From assembly GCF_006345805.1 (NCBI RefSeq), contig NW_021836162.1, forward strand, positions 1 through 64,000: 64,000 nt of DNA, read 5' to 3'. The notes beneath the pieces were generated by a model. It did no database searches and had not been told where the DNA came from. It was given only the letters and a program-made list of their open reading frames with translations. Shown here in pieces: positions 1 through 10,929 of the stretch (positions are counted from its first letter, which is position 1; each line of letters begins with the position of its first letter). The position numbers were made by a program, and so were the translations under genes. Source of the DNA: Octopus sinensis. Lineage: Eukaryota.

Positions 1-59
1 ATTGATTCTTTACATGTGTGTGTGTGTGTGTGTGTGTGTATGTTTCATAAGTGTATATT

Positions 60-380
60 TGTTTGTTGAACTGTTACGGTCTGACTCCAATAACGATGTT
101 GGTGGTGATGATAGTGGTGGTGGCGGTGGTGATAGTGGTGGTGGTGGTGGTGGTGGAGGTGGTAGCGATATTAGTGGTGGTGGTAACAGAAGTCAGAGTA
201 TTTCCTTTGTAACTAATTGCTCTGCTAATTAGAGTTCTCGGTGATAGTGACGGTGGTAGGAGATGTGGTAATAGTGTATAGGTGATGGTAGAGAGGGTCA
301 TCGTAGTAGGGCTGGTAATGGGGGTAGTACTGATTGTGGTTTTGTTGTGTGATGGTGGTGGTGGTGGTGGTGGTGATAAT
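60..380. repeat. (GGT)n-rich low-complexity region
   Basis: Runs of ggt/gat triplets; the poly-Gly and poly-Thr ORFs are readings of the repeat. Confidence 0.85.
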
Positions 381-999
381 GGTGGAATAGGCGATTGTTG
401 TGGTTTAGCTCCAGGGCAACACTGAGTGATCAGACATGATTAATGGTAGTCCAGTTGTGACCATCCTGTCTTTATCCTATTTTTAAGGAGCTCAGGACCA
501 CACCGGTTCTACTTTTTTATGACAGCAAGCTATAGAGCTGAGGGAGAATTGGCTACTATTTCTGGGTTTAGCCAACACTTAGATGCTCTCTTATTGGTTC
601 ACACTGTCATATGTATGTGAATAAGAGAGTGAGGTGTGATTTGAAGGAGTTTAGCTGTTATTTGTACCTGGACAAGCAATTATGAAGTGTCCTCATTGGC
701 TCAGATGTTCATACACACATACATATATAGGGTGTCTAGTGCAGTATAAATTTATTATTTAATTATGCATGCTAGTAGCACATCTGCTGTTATGCAAACC
801 AGACTAACCAGTTTACTGGAGTCCTAGTTTTGTATTTACTATAAATAGTTTGAAGCTAGTAATCTCTCTAAGAATAAAAGATGGGTATTCTTTTTCTAAT
901 AAAGATGTAAGAAAAGTAAACAATAGTCAGACTGGACCCAGTGTTTCTGCCCTCACAGAGAACAAAAGAAGATGTGGTTGAAACTAAGTTTTAACTCAC

Positions 1000-1310
1000 C
1001 ATCATCATCATCATCATCATCATCATTTAGCATCCGTTTTCCATGCTAGCATGGGTTGGACGGTTCAACTGGGGTCTGTGAAGCCAGAAGGCTGCATCAG
1101 GCCCAGTCTGATCTGGCAGTGTTTCTACGGCTGGATGCCCTTCCTCACGCCAGCACAGGTGCCAGACGGAGCTGGCAAACAGCCATGAACGGATGGTGCT
1201 TTTACATGCCACCGGCACGGGGGCCAGGCGAGGCTGGCAACGGACACGAGCAGATGGTGCTTTTACGTGCCACTGGCACGGGGCCAGGCGAGGCTGGCAA
1301 TGGACACCCT
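1000..1310 (-). mobile_element. RTE-clade LINE 3' end (family A), 5'-truncated
   Basis: Reverse complement of the ggttggcgttaggaagggcatcc...cggacgctaaacgatgatgat tail; the same tail directly follows RTE-like ORF2 coding sequence at 10.9-11.8 kb. Confidence 0.75.
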
Positions 1311-1319
1311 AATAATAAT

Positions 1320-1530
1320 GGTTTCAAATTTTGGCACAAGGCCAGCAATTTCGGTGCGGGGGGCAAGTTGATGAAATTGATCCCAATGCTCAACTGGTAC
1401 TTATTTTATCAACCCTGAAAGGACAAAAAGCAAAATCGACCTTGGTGAAATTTGAACTCAGAACTTAAGGACAGATGGAATGCTGTGAAGCATTTTGCCC
1501 AGTGTGCTAATAATTCTGCCAGCTGGCCAC
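1320..1530 (-). mobile_element. tRNA-derived SINE, family D variant (E-type tail), degenerate
   Basis: gaatttgaactcagaac box-B-like motif (minus), aaggacaaaaagcaaaatcgacc body, ggcacaaggccag tail. Confidence 0.65.
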
Positions 1531-1589
1531 CTTCACCACCCTAATAATAATAATTATTATTATTATTATTATTAATATTAATAATGCGC

Positions 1590-2015
1590 TGGCAAAGAAC
1601 CATCTGAACATGGCCGTTGCCAGCACCGCCCTGACTGGCCTCATGCCGGTGGCATGTAAAAAGCTCCATCCGATTGTGGCCGTTTGCCAGCCTCGCCTGG
1701 CCCCCATGCCGGTGGCACGCAAAAAGCACCATCCGATCATGGCCGTTTGCCAGCCTCATCTGGCCCCCATGCCGGTGGCACGTAAAAAGCACCATCCGAT
1801 CGTGGCCGTTTGGCAGCCTCGTCTGGCACCTGTGCCGGTGGCATGTAAAAAGCACGCACTACACTCACGGGGTGGTTGGCGTTAGGAAGGGCATCCAGCT
1901 GTAGAAACATTGCCAGATCTGACTGGCCTGGTGCAGCCTTCTGGCTTCTCAGACCCCAGTTGAACCGTCCAACCCATGCTAGCATGGAAAATGGACATTA
2001 AACGATGATGATGAT
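1590..2015 (+). mobile_element. RTE-clade LINE 3' end (family A) with several ~62-63 bp subrepeats
   Basis: gccggtggcacgtaaaaagcaccatccgatc units, then ggttggcgttaggaagggcatcc and a (GAT)n tail; opposite orientation to the 1.0-1.3 kb copy. Confidence 0.8.
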
Positions 2016-2029
2016 TACGAATATTATCA

Positions 2030-2243
2030 AAGGCAGTGAGCTGGCAGAATTGTTAGCACACCGGGCAAAATGCTTGGCAGCATTTCACCCATTTTTATGT
2101 TCTGAGTTCAAATTCTGTTGAGGTCAACTTTGCCATTCATCTTTCCAGAGTCAATGAAATAAGTACCAGTTGAGCACTGGGGTCAATGTAATTGACTAGC
2201 CTCCTCCCCTAAAATTTCAGGCCTTGTACCTGTAGTAGAAAGG

Positions 2244-2276
<33 letters not shown>

Positions 2277-2390
2277 GTCAGAGTGGTGAGATGGCAGAAA
2301 CATTAGCATGCTGGGAAAAATGCTTAGTGGTATTTCATCTGTCTTTACATTCTGAGTTCAAATTCCGCTGAGGTCAACTTTGTCTTTCAC
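2030..2390 (+). mobile_element. Two degenerate family D SINE copies
   Basis: ggcagtgagctggcagaa heads and ttctgagttcaaatt box-B-like motifs at about 2100 and 2352. Confidence 0.65.
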
Positions 2391-2444
2391 ACATACATAT
2401 ACACGACACACATACATATATATATATATATATATGTACATATA

Positions 2445-2930
2445 TACGACGGGCTTCTTTCAGTTTCCGTCTACCAAATCCACTCACAAGGCTTTGGTCG
2501 GCCCGAAGCTATAGTAGAAGACACTTGCCCAAGGTGCCACGCAGTGGGACTGAACCCTGAACTATGTGGTTCGTAAACAAGCTACTTACCACACAGCCAC
2601 TCCTATGCCTAAGAAGAAGAATTTTTAGTCAAATGAATCGACCCCAGTACTTTTTCTTTTTAAAGCCCGGTACTTATTCAGTTGGACTCTTTTTGACAAA
2701 CCGCGAGGTTACAGGGATGTAAACACACCAACACTGGTTGTCAAATGATGGAGGATAAACACAGTCACAAAGCCACACACACAGACACACATATGACACA
2801 CTTCTTTCAGTTTCTGTCAACCAAATCCATTTGCAAAGCTTTGGTCAGCTGAGAAGACACCTGCCCACGTTGTCACACAGTGGGATGCAGTTAGGAAGCA
2901 AGCTTCTACCACACAACCATGCCTGCACCT
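2445..2930 (-). mobile_element. Family B SINE (tRNA head + CORE-like centre): 5' part plus a second degenerate copy
   Basis: Reverse complement of ggagtggctgtgtggt...ggttcagtcccactgcgtggcaccttgggcaagtgtctt. Confidence 0.8.
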
Positions 2931-3164
2931 AATTGCCAAGATCCTTTCTAAAACAGCTTTGGCTTTGAGCTTATGTTCAACATCAAACTACCACTGGGAG
3001 AAGGTGGAGAATGAAGGGGAAGTGCTGTCTTCCAGGGAATTCACTGAAAGGTTCATGTTGTCAGTTATACCCAGGTCATCCCTGAATGAACAAGCTAATG
3101 ATCAAATGCATTCCAGTATTGACCATCATGTCGTTTTTAAAAGTATATAAGATTAAAGTCTTAT

Positions 3165-3502
3165 AATGCAGCCCCGACTGGCCTCCGTGCCGGTGGCACG
3201 TAAAGAGCACCATCCGATCATGGCCGTTGCCAGCCTCACCTGGCCTCTGTGCCGGTGGCACGTATAAAGCACCATCCGATTGTGGCCGCTGCCAGCCTCC
3301 CCTGGCACCTGTGCCGGTGGCACGTAAAAAGCACCCACTACATTCACAGAGTGGTTGGTGTTAGGAAGGGCATCCAGCTGTAGAAACACTGTCAGATCAG
3401 ACTGAAGCCTGGTGCAGCCTCCTGGCTTCCCAGAAACCCAGTTGAACCGTCCAACCCATGCTAGCATGGAAAGCGGACGCTAAACGATGATGATGATGAT
3501 GA
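3165..3502 (+). mobile_element. RTE-clade LINE 3' end (family A)
   Basis: Same subrepeats and (GAT)n tail as the other family A copies. Confidence 0.8.
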
Positions 3503-3599
3503 ATGCGTCCTTTCCTTTCCTCAAGATGTGGAAGTATGATCTGAGGGAGACTTGACTACTATTTCTACCGATTTCTCACCTTTGGCTCATGTATATATA

Positions 3600-3730
3600 T
3601 TTCTTTACTACCCAGAAGGGGCCAAACACAGAGGGGACAAACAAAGACAGACAAACGGATTAAGTCGATTACATCGACCCCAGTGCGTAACTGGTACTTA
3701 ATTTATCGACCCTGAAAGGATGAAAGGCAA
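3600..3730 (-). mobile_element. Family D SINE 3' half
   Basis: tttctttactaccca...acaaacaaagacagacaaacggattaagtcgatt matches the 11293-11524 copy. Confidence 0.75.
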
Positions 3731-4084
3731 AATATATGTACATTCATACACATGAGTATGACTTGAGGGAGAGGCGCTTACAGTTTCTAGCAGATCAAGA
3801 TGCCCTTTCATTGGTTTGTGGGATAGTGATGGTGTTGGTGAGGATGGAGTTATGAAAAGGATCTGTGCCAAGTGAAGCTAGCCACCCGGATGTACCATCA
3901 CCACCCCCATTAATATTAACCTTAAGAATGAAACTGAGAACTATAACAAAAGCCAACGAATAAAGCAAAATGGAAATAATTTATATCACAAACTTAGGAT
4001 GTTTTGTGGCAGTGATAGGCCATGTGCAAACATACACATACTTGAATATGTGTATGGGACAAGCACCTACATGCTTATATGTGG

Positions 4085-4265
4085 CTGTGTGTGCATACAC
4101 GTGTGTGTGTGTGTGTGGTGTGTGTGTGTGTGAATGTGGGTGCAAGAGAGAGAGAGAGAGTGGTGTGAGAAAGGGAGACAGTGTGTGTGTGTGTGAGAGA
4201 GAGAGAGTATGTGTGTGTGAGAGAGACAGTGTGAGAGAGAGAGACAGTGTGTGTGTGTGTGTGTG

Positions 4266-4297
<32 letters not shown>

Positions 4298-4326
4298 GTG
4301 GTGTGTGTGTGTGTGTGAGAGAGAGA

Positions 4327-4363
<37 letters not shown>

Positions 4364-4384
4364 TGTGTGTGTGTGTGAGAGAGA

Positions 4385-4415
<31 letters not shown>

Positions 4416-4465
4416 TGTGTGTGTGAGAGAGGGAGAGAGAGAGAGAGTGTGTGTGTGTGTGAGAG

Positions 4466-4533
<68 letters not shown>

Positions 4534-4558
4534 TGTGTGTGTGTGTGAGAGAGAGAGA

Positions 4559-4615
<57 letters not shown>

Positions 4616-4619
4616 TGGT

Positions 4620-4668
<49 letters not shown>

Positions 4669-4717
4669 TGTGTGTGTGTGTGAGAGAGTGTGTGTGTGTG
4701 TGAGAGAGGGAGAGAGA

Positions 4718-4750
<33 letters not shown>

Positions 4751-4925
4751 TGTGTGTGTGAGACAGAGAGAGTGTGTGTGAGAGAGAGAGAGAGTGTGTG
4801 TGTGAGAGAGGGAGAGAGAGTGTGTGTGTGTGTGTGTGTGTGTTGAGAGAGAGAGAGAGAAAGAGAGAAAGAGAGATAGAAAGAGAGAGAGAGAAAGAGA
4901 GAGAGAGAGAAAGAGAGAGAGAGAA
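4085..4925. repeat. Compound (GT)n/(GA)n microsatellite
   Basis: Alternating gt and ga dinucleotide blocks over about 840 bp. Confidence 0.95.
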
Positions 4926-5235
4926 CTAGCTGAAGTGGATTACTAATTAATATGATCTGATATTTTGTTGCAAAATTTTTTATAAACAATTGAATAAATA
5001 AATCATTATAATTCTTATTGTTTTTTAGAAATTATTATTAGTATTAGTAGTATTGTTATGAAGGTGGTGAGCTGGCAGAAAGGTTGGCCCCAAGCTATAG
5101 TAGAAATCACTTGCCCAAGGTGCCATACACTGAGACTGAACCCAGGAATGTGTGGTCAGGAAGCAAGATTCTTACCACACAACCATTTCATGCTTGACTG
5201 GTCCTTTTATCTTCTGCCTGTTCCAGTCAAGAGAC

Positions 5236-6459
5236 CAGTGGTTTTCAACCAGGGTTCCGTGGAACCTTAGGGTTCCGCCAGTACAGTCAAGTTACAAAAC
5301 TGCTAAAATCGGCAGTAATTTTTAATTCTCCTGTGCAGATACGTGTGCATAAGACTATTAAATTATTGCACAGGGGTTCCTCGAGCCAGTGGAATGTTTC
5401 CTTGGGGTTCCGCTCCAGCAAAAAGATTGAAAAGCACTGGTCTAACTAGTGTCTAACTGACTGTGTCTAACTCAGTGGTTTTCAACCAGGGTTCCGCGAA
5501 ACCTTAGGGTTCCGCCAGTACAGTCCAGGTGTCCCGCAAGAAGTTACAAAACTGCTAAAATCGGCAGTAATTTTTAAGTCTCCTGTGCAGATATGTGTGC
5601 ATAAAACTATTAAATTATTGCACAGGGGTTCCTCGAGCCAGTGGAATGTTTCCTTGGGGTTCCGCTCCAGCAAAAAGTTTGAAAAGCACTGGTCTAGGGA
5701 ATACTACAATTTATTAATGGGTAGGTGCAATTTGAAGGTAAGTGGGGTCAGGATGTTTAAAAAAAGAAGTTATCAAGAAACAATATATAAGGGAAATAAT
5801 TTACCATCAGGGGCTACAGGGTCAGTATTTAAGAGTGAGTTTGTAATGGTCTAGGGCAGTGGTTTTCAACCAGAGTTTCGCAAAACCTTAGGGTTCCGCC
5901 AGTACAGTCCAGGGGTCCCGCAAGAAGTTACAAAACTGCTAAAATCGGCAGTAATGTTTAATTCTCCTGTGCAGATATGTGTGCAAAAGACTATTAAATT
6001 ATTGCACAGGGGTTCCTCAAGCCAGTGGAATGTTTCCTTGGGGTTCCGCTCCAGCAAAAAGTTTGAAAAGCACTGGTCTAGGGAATACTACAATTTATTA
6101 ATGGGTAGGTGCAATTTGAAGGTAAGTGGGGTCAGGATGTTTAAAAAAAGAAGTTATCAAGAAACAATATATAAGGGAAATAATTTACCATCAGGGGCTA
6201 CAGGGTCAGTATTTAAGAGTGAGTTTGTAATGGTCTAGGGCAGTGGTTTTCAACCAGGGTTCCGCGAAACATTAGGGTTCCGCCAGTACAGTCCAGGGGT
6301 CCCGCAAGAAGTTACAAAACAGCTAAAATCGGCAGTAATTTTTAATTCTCCTGTGCAGATATGTGTGCAAAAGACTATTAAATTATTGCACAGGGGTTCC
6401 TCGAGCCAGTGGAATGTTTCCTTGGGGTTCCACTCCAGCAAAAAGGCTGAAAAGCACTG
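5236..6459. mobile_element. Four copies of a ~205-220 bp hAT-like MITE (5236-5439, 5473-5691, 5857-6075, 6241-6459)
   Basis: Imperfect TIRs CAGTGGTTTTCAAC...TTGAAAAGCACTG; copy 3 is flanked on both sides by 8-bp GTCTAGGG, matching the NTCTAGAN-like target preference of hAT/Charlie elements; 384-bp period for copies 2-4. Confidence 0.8.
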
Positions 6460-6499
6460 CATTAGACTGAAACCATGATGAGCCACTGGCTTCAAGGAT

Positions 6500-7096
6500 T
6501 TTTGTGAAATGAATCAACCCTGGTACTAATTGTTTTGAAGCCCAGTACTTATTCTATCAGTCTCTTTTGCCGAACCGCTAAGTTACAGGGATGTAAACTC
6601 ATCAACACTAGTTCTCAGTCAGTGGTGGGGGACAAGCACAGACACAAAAATACACACACACACACATATATATATATTTTTACTTGTGTCAGTCATTTGA
6701 CTGCGGCCATGCTGGAGCACCACCTTGAGTCAAGCAAATCAACCCCGGGACTTATTCTTTTTGTAAGCCCAGTACTTATTCTTTTTGTAAGCCCAGTACT
6801 TATTCTATCGGCCTCTTTTGCCGAACCGCTAAGTGACGGGGACGTAAACACACCAGCATCGGTTGTCAAGCAATGCTAGCAGGGCAAACACAGACACACA
6901 AACATACACACACACATATATATATACATATATACGACGGGCTTCTTTCAGTTTCCGTCTACCAAATCCACTCACAAGGCATTAGTCGGCCCAGGGCTAT
7001 AGCAGAAGACACTTGCCCAAGATGCCACGCAGTGGGACTGAACCCGGAACCATGTGGTTTGTAAGCAAGCTACTTACCACACAGCCACTCCTGTGC

Positions 7097-7110
<14 letters not shown>
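6500..7110 (-). mobile_element. Family B SINE, near full length, preceded by a degenerate tail segment
   Basis: Tail tttacttgtgtcagtcatttgactgcggcc... through head ...accacacagccactcc. Confidence 0.85.
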
Positions 7111-7131
<21 letters not shown>

Positions 7132-7159
7132 TATATCACATCGGGGTCAAATATCTATA

Positions 7160-7334
7160 GGCACAAGAGTGGTTGTGTGGTATGTAGTTTGCTTACCAAC
7201 CACATGGCCCCGAGTTCAGTCCCACTGTGTGGCACCATGGGCAAGTGTCTTCTACTATAGCCTCAGGCTGACCAAAGCCTTGTGAGTGGATTTGGTAGAC
7301 AGAAACTGAAAGAAGCCTGTGGTGCGTGTGTGTG

Positions 7335-7376
<42 letters not shown>

Positions 7377-7410
7377 TTGTCTCTCCCCCCCCACCATCAC
7401 TTTAGAACTG
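7160..7410 (+). mobile_element. Family B SINE 5' part
   Basis: gagtggttgtgtggtatgtag...gagttcagtcccactgtgtggcaccatgggcaagtgtc. Confidence 0.8.
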
Positions 7411-7466
7411 ATGCTGGTGTAGTTCTATATTTAATAGATTAGGAATTATGAACATTGTTTACAATT

Positions 7467-7612
7467 GACGGATATTCATCCTCACCTTTTTTGTTAACAC
7501 GTTACGGCTGATATACCCTCCAGACTTTTGAACCTGGCTTCTCATTTCTAAGGTATTTTTCATGTTGTTGTTGTTATTATTATTATCATTATTACTATTA
7601 TTATTATTATTA

Positions 7613-7647
<35 letters not shown>

Positions 7648-7798
7648 GTTCAGGTCACTGCCTGGAATCGAACTCGGAAACTTGGGGTTAGTGGCCCGCA
7701 CTCTTAACCACTATGCCATATGCCCACGAGGATATGGCATAGTGGTTAAGAGTGCGGGCTACTAACCCCAAGATTCCGAGTTCGATTCCAGGCAGTGA

Positions 7799-7834
<36 letters not shown>

Positions 7835-8000
7835 TAATAATAATAATAATAGTAATAATGATAATAATAATAACAACAACAACATGAAAAATACCTTAGA
7901 AATGAGAACCCAGGTTCAAAATTTCCCCCAAGACACCTGATGAAGGCTGGAGGATATATCAGCCGAAACGTTGTGTTAACAAACAAGATGAGGACAAATA
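7467..8000. mobile_element. Head-to-head pair of a composite element: tRNA-like head + (AAT)n + 3' module with hammerhead-like motif
   Basis: Left arm (minus, 7467-7725) and right arm (plus, 7731-8000) are reverse complements. Head ggcatagtggttaagagtgcgggctactaaccccaagattccgagttcgattccaggcagtgacctg has box A (TAGTGG) and box B (GAGTTCGATTCC). Confidence 0.8.
7932..7977 (+). ncRNA. Minimal type I hammerhead-ribozyme-like motif
   Basis: gacac-CTGATGA-a-ggctg(loop)cagcc-GAA-ACGT-T-gtgtt: stem I gacac/gtgtt, stem II ggctg/cagcc, palindromic ACGT in place of stem III, as in Penelope-type minimal hammerheads. Confidence 0.6.
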
Positions 8001-8387
8001 ACCCATGCCAGCAGGGAAAGCAGACGTTAAATGATGATGATAGGATGATACAGGTGCAACCATGTATGGAAAAGAAAATTACTTCTGAACCAGGTGGCTT
8101 CAGGTTCATTCAAAATGCATGGCACTTCGGGCAAAGTCTTATGAATAGAATTGGTAGATGGAAGCTAATAGAAACCCATCACATCATCATTAGCTAATGT
8201 CTACTTGCATTGGTCAGATGGAATTTGTTGAGGCAGGTTTTCTACAGGTGGATGATGTCCTTCTTGGCATCAACGCTCACCTGTTTCCTTGATAAGTAAT
8301 ATTATCCCAGACAAGCAAGTGTTGTTTGTTTACAATTATCACGTGATCTCAAGACAAGAACACGCGCACACACACACACACACACAA

Positions 8388-8421
8388 ACCCCAAGATTTC
8401 GAGTTCGATTCCAGGCAGTGA

Positions 8422-8464
<43 letters not shown>
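8388..8464 (+). mobile_element. Third, 5'-truncated copy of the tRNA-head/(AAT)n element
   Basis: aaccccaagatttcgagttcgattccaggcagtgacctg followed by (AAT)n; its 3' module start (aacaacaacatcaaaaatacctt) reappears at about 9635. Confidence 0.75.
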
Positions 8465-8473
<9 letters not shown>

Positions 8474-8930
8474 CTGGGATATGCTGATACACACAGATAG
8501 AGAAATTAAGGCCAACAGACCAGATAGTTGTCAGAGATCATGAAGAAAAAAAATGCTTTCTAATTGATGTATCAATACCGGCTGATGACAACGTGTCTCT
8601 AAAAGAAATGGAGAAACTCTCAAAATACAAAGACCTGGAAATAGAGGTAAGCAGAATGTGGAATCTAAAAACAGAAACAATTCCTATCATAGTAGGTGCA
8701 TTAGGCATGATAAAAAAATATTCAGACAAATACATAACAAAAACACCAGGACTTACAAACTCATATAACATACACAAAATTGCACTACTAGGCACTGCAC
8801 ACATCCTACGCAGAACACTTTCCATACAGTAACCATCAGAGCATCACAACAAATCACAGCACATACCTAAGGCACACAGAGCTGCGCTCGGTAGTGAAGT
8901 GAAAGCACGCTATAAAAATAAAACTACTGA
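8465..8930 (+). mobile_element. R4/Dong-like non-LTR retrotransposon 3' fragment (restriction-like endonuclease domain + 3' UTR)
   Basis: Translates ILWDMLIHTDREIKANRPD..(frameshift)..KCFLIDVSIPADDNVSLKEMEKLSKYKDLEIEVSRMWNLKTETIPIIVGALG; PD..D..K RLE signature; flanked by (TAA)n. Confidence 0.8.
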
Positions 8931-8954
8931 ATAATAATAATAATAATAATAATA

Positions 8955-9620
8955 TTGGATTTGCCCCATGAAAAAAACTGGTGGGAACACAAACCACCTC
9001 CAGTGCTTGAAAATGACCACATCTCACTCCTCTGGAACTTCACCATTCAAACTGACAGAAAGATAGATGCAAATAGACCAGACATCATATTGAAAGACTT
9101 CAGACAAAGAACATGCCTCCTCATTGATATGACTGTCCCAATCGATATAAACGTATCTGTCAAGACCTACCAAAAACTGAGCAAATATAAAGATCTTGAA
9201 ATAGAAATCAGCAAAATGTGGAAGCTGAAGACTAAAGCAATACCTGTTGTCATAGGTGCCCTGGGAATGATAGCAAAAGGGGCTGATCGCTGCCTAACTC
9301 AGATACCAGGAAACCCCAAAATGGCAGAAATTCAAAAGATAGTGCTCATGGGAACTGCTCATATCCTACGCAAAATACTTTCTCTGTAATCTCAAGTTTT
9401 AAAACAAACATAATTTTCGTTTTTTTTTAAATTTATTTATTTATTTATTTATTTATTCATTTATTTTTTTAGACATTCACTAGTACAACACTAAATACAA
9501 AACCAAATATATGGCACACTAGGCATAACAACATCACGAAGTTCCAACCTGTTGTCTCTTGAGGTCTCTGGGTGAGACTTGGAGCCAACTTGTACAGACA
9601 TAAAGCAAAAGTCAAACATA
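8955..9620 (+). mobile_element. Second R4/Dong-like retrotransposon 3' fragment (different family)
   Basis: ORF 8955-9389: WWEHKP..VLENDHISLLWNFTIQTDRKIDANRPDII..CLLIDMTVP..KLSKYKDLEIEISKMWK; different 3' UTR; bounded by (TAA)n. Confidence 0.85.
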
Positions 9621-9924
9621 GAATAATAATAATAACAACAACATCAAAAATACCTTTTTTCAGTCTAAATGTATTCACGAGGATTTGGTCAGCTGGGACC
9701 ATACCCAAGACCACATGATTGGCAAGAAAGCTTCTTAACCATGTGAGTGTGAGAGTGTGTGTGTGTGTGTGTGTGTGCGTGCATGCATAAATATGTTTGT
9801 GTGTCTGTATGTTTATGTTCATGCTTCACTGAAAAATGCTGAGCTACAATATTGGTGTTGTCAGTAATAATCATCATCATCATCATCATTCAATATCTAC
9901 TTTCCATGCTGGTATAGGTTAGAA

Positions 9925-10920
9925 AATGGAGAAGGACATCATGATCAGAATGGTCAGTGGCCAGTGAGGAAGAGGCCGACCAATGGAGAAGTTCTTAAGC
10001 AGATCAAGCCGAAAATGTCGCTAGAAGCTGGGATCACCAAGCATAGATTGGCATATTTTGGTCATATTATGCAGAGAAGATCCCTGGAGAAGGACATCAT
10101 GCTCGGAATGGTCAGTGGCAAGAGAGGAAGAGGCTGACCAATGGAGAAGTTCTTAAGCAGATCAGGCCGAAAATGTCGCTAGAATCTGGGATCACCAAGC
10201 ATAGATTGGCATATTTCGGTCATATTATGCAGAGAAGATCCCTGGAGAAGGACATCATGCTCGGAATGGTCAGTGGCAAGAGAGGAAGAGGCCGACCAAT
10301 GGAGAAGTTCTTAAGCAGATCAGGCTGAAAATGTTGCTAGAAGCTGGGATCACCAAGCATAGATTGGCATATTTTGGTCATATTATGCAGAGAAAATCCC
10401 TGGAGAAGGACATCATGCTCGGAATGGTCAGTGGCAAGAGAGGAAGAGGCTGACCAATGGAGAAGTTCTAAGCAGATCAGGCCGAAAATGTCGCTAGAAT
10501 CTGGGATCACCAAGCATAGATTGGCATATTTCGGTCATATTATGCAGAGAAGATCCCTGGAGAAGGACATCATGCTCGGAATGGTCAGTGGCAAGAGAGG
10601 AAGAGGCCGACCAATGGAGAAGTTCTTAAGCAGATCAGGCTGAAAATGTTGCTAGAAGCTGGGATCACCAAGCATAGATTGGCATATTTTGGTCATATTA
10701 TGCAGAGAAAATCCCTGGAGAAGGACATCATGCTTGGAATGGTCAGTGGCAAGAGAGGAAGAGGCCGACCAAGAACCCACTGGCTTGACACCATCAAGAG
10801 TGATACCGGAATGGACATAGCCAATCTGAAAGAAGCGGCCCAGGATAGAACTGACTGGAGGACACTGATCCAACGAGTAACTGAGAGTCGACTTCGACTG
10901 AGCGGATAGATAGATAGATA
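9925..10920 (+). mobile_element. RTE (BovB-like) LINE 3' end with five tandem 157-158 bp internal units
   Basis: Encodes RLAYFGHIMQR..LEKDIMLGMVSGKRGRGRPRTHWLDTIK; caatggagaag recurs at 9981, 10139, 10297, 10455, 10612; (GATA)n tail. Confidence 0.85.
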
Positions 10921-10929
10921 GGTTAGATG

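Noticed and set aside
5585-6238. Repeated 89-94 aa ORFs as a transposase or gene
   Set aside because: They cross the MITE/spacer junction, repeat with the 384-bp unit and have no DDE motifs.
7731-7803. Functional tRNA gene
   Set aside because: Boxes A and B are present, but acceptor and T stems pair poorly, there is no oligo-T terminator, and it recurs with the same (AAT)n tail, so it is a SINE head.
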